Position numbers and translations under genes: made by a program. A DNA stretch of 28,435 nt from a virus. Lineage: Duplodnaviria > Caudoviricetes. Each line of letters starts with the position of its first letter. The stretch's first letter is position 1. The notes under the pieces were generated by a model. It was not told the origin of the DNA. It ran no database searches and saw nothing but the letters and a program-made list of their open reading frames with translations. The DNA is taken from positions 1 to 28,435 of the IMG/VR virus record IMGVR_UViG_3300027819_000151. One strand, written 5' to 3'. Positions 25,215 through 28,435 of the stretch are shown here, piece after piece.

Positions 25215-25690
25215 GCACCAGAGTCCTGAATCAAGAAACCGGCGCTTACCTGTCCGACGACGACGTGATCAAGATGGCGGTCTCCATCATCAATCACCGC
25301 TTCGGGCTCAAGCGCGCGTCGCTCAATTCGCCAAGCATGGTCCGCGACTACCTTCAACTCACGTTGACCGGCAAAGAGCACGAAGTTTTCGCGTGCGTGT
25401 TCATCGATGCGCAGAACCGCGTCATAGCGGTCGAGGAACTATTCCGTGGCACTCTGACGCAGACCAGCGTCTACCCGCGGGAAGTCGTTAAGTCCGCGCT
25501 GCACCACAACTGCGCGGCCGTGATCTTGGCGCATAACCACCCAAGCGGCGTGGCCGAGCCCTCACACGCTGACCAGTGCCTCACCACCAGCCTCAAGCAG
25601 GCCCTGGCCATGGTGGATGTGAAAGTGCTCGACCACTTCATCATCGCCGGCGGTTCGGCTCTGTCCTTCGCAGAACGGGGGCTGATATGA
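25211..25690 (+). CDS. radC: RadC-like JAB domain protein
   Basis: EHEVF..VF.D..NRVI..EELF.GTL....[33 protein letters not shown]. Confidence 0.95.
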   Translation: MSTRVLNQETGAYLSDDDVIKMAVSIINHRFGLKRASLNSPSMVRDYLQLTLTGKEHEVFACVFIDAQNRVIAVEELFRGTLTQTSVYPREVVKSALHHNCAAVILAHNHPSGVAEPSHADQCLTTSLKQALAMVDVKVLDHFIIAGGSALSFAERGLI

Positions 25691-26394
25691 GCGACGTCCG
25701 GGACAGAATCACCAAGCTCCTCGCGATGGCGACCCACGAGCGCAGCAACGAACACGAAGCAGAAACCGCCATGAGGATGGCCGAAAGGCTGATGCGTCAG
25801 CACAACATCGACGCAGCCGACCTCGAGGCCGCAACCGGCAAGCAGACCGTCTACACCTGGGCTTCCGCCACGATTGCCATCGGCGAAAAAGCCAAACCCA
25901 TGAGCTGGCGCCCGATGTGGATCGGCTTCCTCGGCATGGGCGTCGGCACATTTTGCGACTGCAAGGTGATCTGGTCGACGGATGCGACCTACGGCCACTG
26001 CATCAAATTCATGGGCGACGAGGCAGATATCGAATACTGCGCTTGGCTGTTCAAAAAGCTGCGCGATTTCGGTTACGCCGAATCCAAATCAGTCGCCGGA
26101 AAGCACCGCGACACCTTCCAAAAAGCCTACGCGCTCCGCTTGATCGACCGCATGAAAAAGCTGCGCGCCGAACGTGACGTAGCCATGAAAGCGGCAGTCA
26201 CGAAAACGGGCACCGCGTTGATGGTGGTGCAAAACAAACTGGTGCTGCGTGACGCGCAATTCGGTAAGCAGCGCCACGGCCGTACCAGCCGCGTCAGATT
26301 CGCAAGCGACGGATTCACCCAGGGCCGCGCCGCAGCGGAGAAGGTGAATTTCAGCCGTCCGATTGGCTCAAGCGGCCAGCGGCAGATTTCGTAA
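25687..26394 (+). CDS. DUF2786 domain protein
   Basis: Start [15 protein letters not shown]....NEHEA..A..MA..LM.QHNI. C-terminal GF.QGRAAA..V. Confidence 0.88.
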   Translation: MSDVRDRITKLLAMATHERSNEHEAETAMRMAERLMRQHNIDAADLEAATGKQTVYTWASATIAIGEKAKPMSWRPMWIGFLGMGVGTFCDCKVIWSTDATYGHCIKFMGDEADIEYCAWLFKKLRDFGYAESKSVAGKHRDTFQKAYALRLIDRMKKLRAERDVAMKAAVTKTGTALMVVQNKLVLRDAQFGKQRHGRTSRVRFASDGFTQGRAAAEKVNFSRPIGSSGQRQIS

Positions 26395-26450
26395 CAGCAC
26401 TCGAATATCCCAAGGGCCTCGCCCTTGGGCAACCTTATAGGAGCTTCAAA

Positions 26451-27449
26451 ATGGCACACGAAATTGATTTCAGCAACAAGCGCGCGAACATGGCCTACGT
26501 CGGCGAAACGCCCTGGCACAGCCTGGGTGCGAAACTTCCGGCCGGCGCAGATATGGAAACCTGGCGCAAAGCCGCCGGCCTCGATTGGGAAGTGGTCGAA
26601 ACCCCGGTTATGTTCCAAGACGGCACGCCCCCCGCGTTCCATGAATTCCCGACGCAAAAGGTGTTGCTGCGCAGCGACACGCGCGCGCCGCTCTCGACCG
26701 TTTCGAAGTGGTACAACACCGTCCAGCCGGGCGAAGTGCTCGGCTTCTTCGACGAGCTGGTCAAGTCTGCCGGTTTTCAGCTTGAGACGGCTGGCTCGCT
26801 TCGGGGCGGTAATCGAATCTGGGCGCTCGCCCGCGTCGGCGAGGATGCCAAGATCATTGACGGCGACATGGTCCGTCCGTACCTCTTGCTCGCCACCAGC
26901 TACGACGCCTCAATGGCGACCACGGCGCAGTTCACGAGCATCCGGGTGGTCTGCAATAACACCCTCACCGCAGCCGTCGGCGACAGCAAGCGCGGCGTGA
27001 AGGAAGGCGCGGCAGAGCCGAAAGTAAAAATTGCGCACCTATCCAAGTTCGACGCCCAGGACGTGCGCGAGCAGTTGACAATCGCCGTCTCCGGTTGGGA
27101 CGAGTTCATCATCAAGAGCCGCCTGATGGCACAGGCACCGCTGGACGAGGAGCTGGTCGACGCCTTCCTGCTCAATCTGTTCAAGACGAAGCGCGATGAT
27201 CTCGTAGCGGCCGAGAAAGCGCGCAACACGAAAGGCTACAAGCGCGTGCTGGAACTGTTCAACGGCGCAGGCGCGGGCAGCGACATGGCCGGCAAAACGG
27301 TCTGGGGCGCCGTGAACGCGGTCACGCAATACGTTGACCACGAGCGCGGCAACAAGCGCGAAACCGGGCTCGACGCCGCATGGTTCGGCGAAGGCGCCAC
27401 CTTGAAGGATCGGGCGTTCTCGATTGCCAAGGAGCTTGTGCTCGCCTAA
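26451..27449 (+). CDS. DUF932 domain protein (phage/plasmid-related)
   Basis: MAHEI...MAYVG.TPWH.LG, AGLDW.V, LETAGSL.GG..IWALA, YLLLATS.D, T.IRVVCNNTL, T.WG.VNAVT.YVDH. Confidence 0.93.
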   Translation: MAHEIDFSNKRANMAYVGETPWHSLGAKLPAGADMETWRKAAGLDWEVVETPVMFQDGTPPAFHEFPTQKVLLRSDTRAPLSTVSKWYNTVQPGEVLGFFDELVKSAGFQLETAGSLRGGNRIWALARVGEDAKIIDGDMVRPYLLLATSYDASMATTAQFTSIRVVCNNTLTAAVGDSKRGVKEGAAEPKVKIAHLSKFDAQDVREQLTIAVSGWDEFIIKSRLMAQAPLDEELVDAFLLNLFKTKRDDLVAAEKARNTKGYKRVLELFNGAGAGSDMAGKTVWGAVNAVTQYVDHERGNKRETGLDAAWFGEGATLKDRAFSIAKELVLA

Positions 27450-27458
27450 CGCGAAAAC

Positions 27459-27530
27459 TGGAGCGGCCCTGCCGAATCGAACGGCAGCGGTTGCCCTGGT
27501 GGAACCAGAACGACTTTCCCAATTAGCCGC
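27459..27530 (-). ncRNA. Non-canonical tRNA-Gly(TCC)-like RNA with encoded CCA
   Basis: GCGGCT-AATTGGGAAA-GTCGTTCTG-GTTCCAC-CAGGGCAAC-CG-CTGCCG-TTCGATT-CGGCAG-GGCCGC-T-CCA, 72 nt. Confidence 0.6.
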
Positions 27531-27548
27531 AAAACGAAAAGGACGGAC

Positions 27549-27911
27549 ATGAAAACAGCATCGTTTTTCACTTACTTCGGCCCAGGCCGGATCTCGATCG
27601 CGCGCGCCACACCGCGCAACACGCCGGTCGGCTACCGGATTTATAAACCACTCGCGCCGGGGCCGTGGTTCAACAGCGTGCCCGAAGATATGTACCGCGA
27701 GCTCTATTTCGACCAGCTTGGGCAGCTTAACCCGCCCGGTGTCGTGGCTGCGCTCCACGCGCTAGCCGTCGGTGCCGAGCCAGTCCTGCTCTGTTGGGAA
27801 AAGCCGCCGTTTCACAGTGCTAACTGGTGTCACCGCCGCATGGTCGCCGAGTGGTTCAAGACCACGCTCGACCTGGACGTGCCAGAAATCGGGGAACCCG
27901 ATCATGGCTAG
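27549..27911 (+). CDS. DUF488-like protein
   Basis: ISIAR.TP, LAP, Y..LY..QL..L.P, VLLCWEKP....CHRR.VAEW. Confidence 0.8.
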   Translation: MKTASFFTYFGPGRISIARATPRNTPVGYRIYKPLAPGPWFNSVPEDMYRELYFDQLGQLNPPGVVAALHALAVGAEPVLLCWEKPPFHSANWCHRRMVAEWFKTTLDLDVPEIGEPDHG

Positions 27912-28435
27912 CCTGCCGATCGCCTCGGTCATTCCGAACCCGGACCAGCCGAGAAAACGATTTGAGCCGCAGGCCCTCGCAGAGCTCGCGGCGTCGATCA
28001 AGATGAACGGCTTGATTCAGCCGATCACCGCGCGCGCCTTGCCAGACGGCCGCCACATGATCGTGGCCGGCGAGCGGCGTTGGCGTGCTCACCTGCTGGC
28101 CGGGCTCGACACGATCGAGGCTAACCTGATCGATATCACCGATAGCGAGCGCGATATTCTCGCCATCGTAGAGAACCTGCAACGCGAGGGCATCACGCCG
28201 CTTGAGGAAGGCCGCGCTTTCCAAAAAGTGATCGACACGGGCGTCACCGCCGAGCAGCTTGCGCACCGGCTCGGGCTCAAACAGCCTTGGCGGATAACCG
28301 ATCGCACGTCGCTGCTGCGCCTGAATCCGCCTTATCTCGACCTCCTAGAGAAAGGCCACCTTTCACCCTCGCAGGGTTTCGAACTCGCGCGCCTCGGCCC
28401 GCAGGACCAGAACATGCTGTTCGGCCTGATCACGG
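27904..28435 (+). CDS. ParB/RepB/Spo0J-family protein (3' end runs off the window)
   Basis: Not in the ORF track. PNPDQPRKRF....LAELAASIK.NGLIQPI, IVAGERRWRA, ENLQRE.ITPLEEG. Confidence 0.93.
   Translation, partial: MASLPIASVIPNPDQPRKRFEPQALAELAASIKMNGLIQPITARALPDGRHMIVAGERRWRAHLLAGLDTIEANLIDITDSERDILAIVENLQREGITPLEEGRAFQKVIDTGVTAEQLAHRLGLKQPWRITDRTSLLRLNPPYLDLLEKGHLSPSQGFELARLGPQDQNMLFGLIT

Larger units (their letters stand above)
1..28435. mobile_element. Temperate siphovirus/prophage segment (HK97-type head, GTA-like tail tip)
   Basis: Complete collinear terS-to-fibre operon. No host housekeeping genes. Ends, att sites and integrase are not in the window. Confidence 0.92.

Noticed and set aside
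26409-26429. Perfect hairpin CCCAAGGGC-CTC-GCCCTTGGG before the DUF932 gene as a terminator
   Set aside because: There is no U-tract on either strand. It may be a stability or processing element, but no function is supportable.

Overview
This window holds most of the late (morphogenesis) region of a GC-rich temperate siphovirus or prophage, probably with a betaproteobacterial host, plus the accessory region beyond its packaging end. On the minus strand (19951 to 1) are terS, terL, portal, ClpP-type protease and an HK97-fold capsid. These are followed by an inserted cassette: a small capsid-adjacent protein apparently fused by a programmed -1 frameshift (GGGAAAA plus a pseudoknot) to a two-domain glycosyltransferase-like protein, then a SAM methyltransferase. 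Neck genes, tail tube, a frameshifted tail chaperone pair, tape measure, a GTA-like tail tip (DUF2460, DUF2163, NlpC/P60, central tail protein with a SPRY-like insert), a collagen-repeat fibre and a glycine-rich adhesin complete the operon. Upstream of terS lie a 36-bp-periodic array of alternately oriented boxes and an AT-rich island. The island carries an IS1595 remnant, a Thr1 proteasome-like protease, an AGG minigene next to a tRNA-Arg(CCT)-like RNA, and a LexA-boxed small gene. Beyond it are a ParB-like gene paired with a methyltransferase/GNAT-like DNA-modification gene, and a divergent anti-restriction-type operon (ArdC-N, RadC, DUF2786, DUF932, DUF488, ParB) containing an antisense, non-canonical tRNA-Gly-like element. 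All family assignments come from motif recognition by eye, not from database searches.
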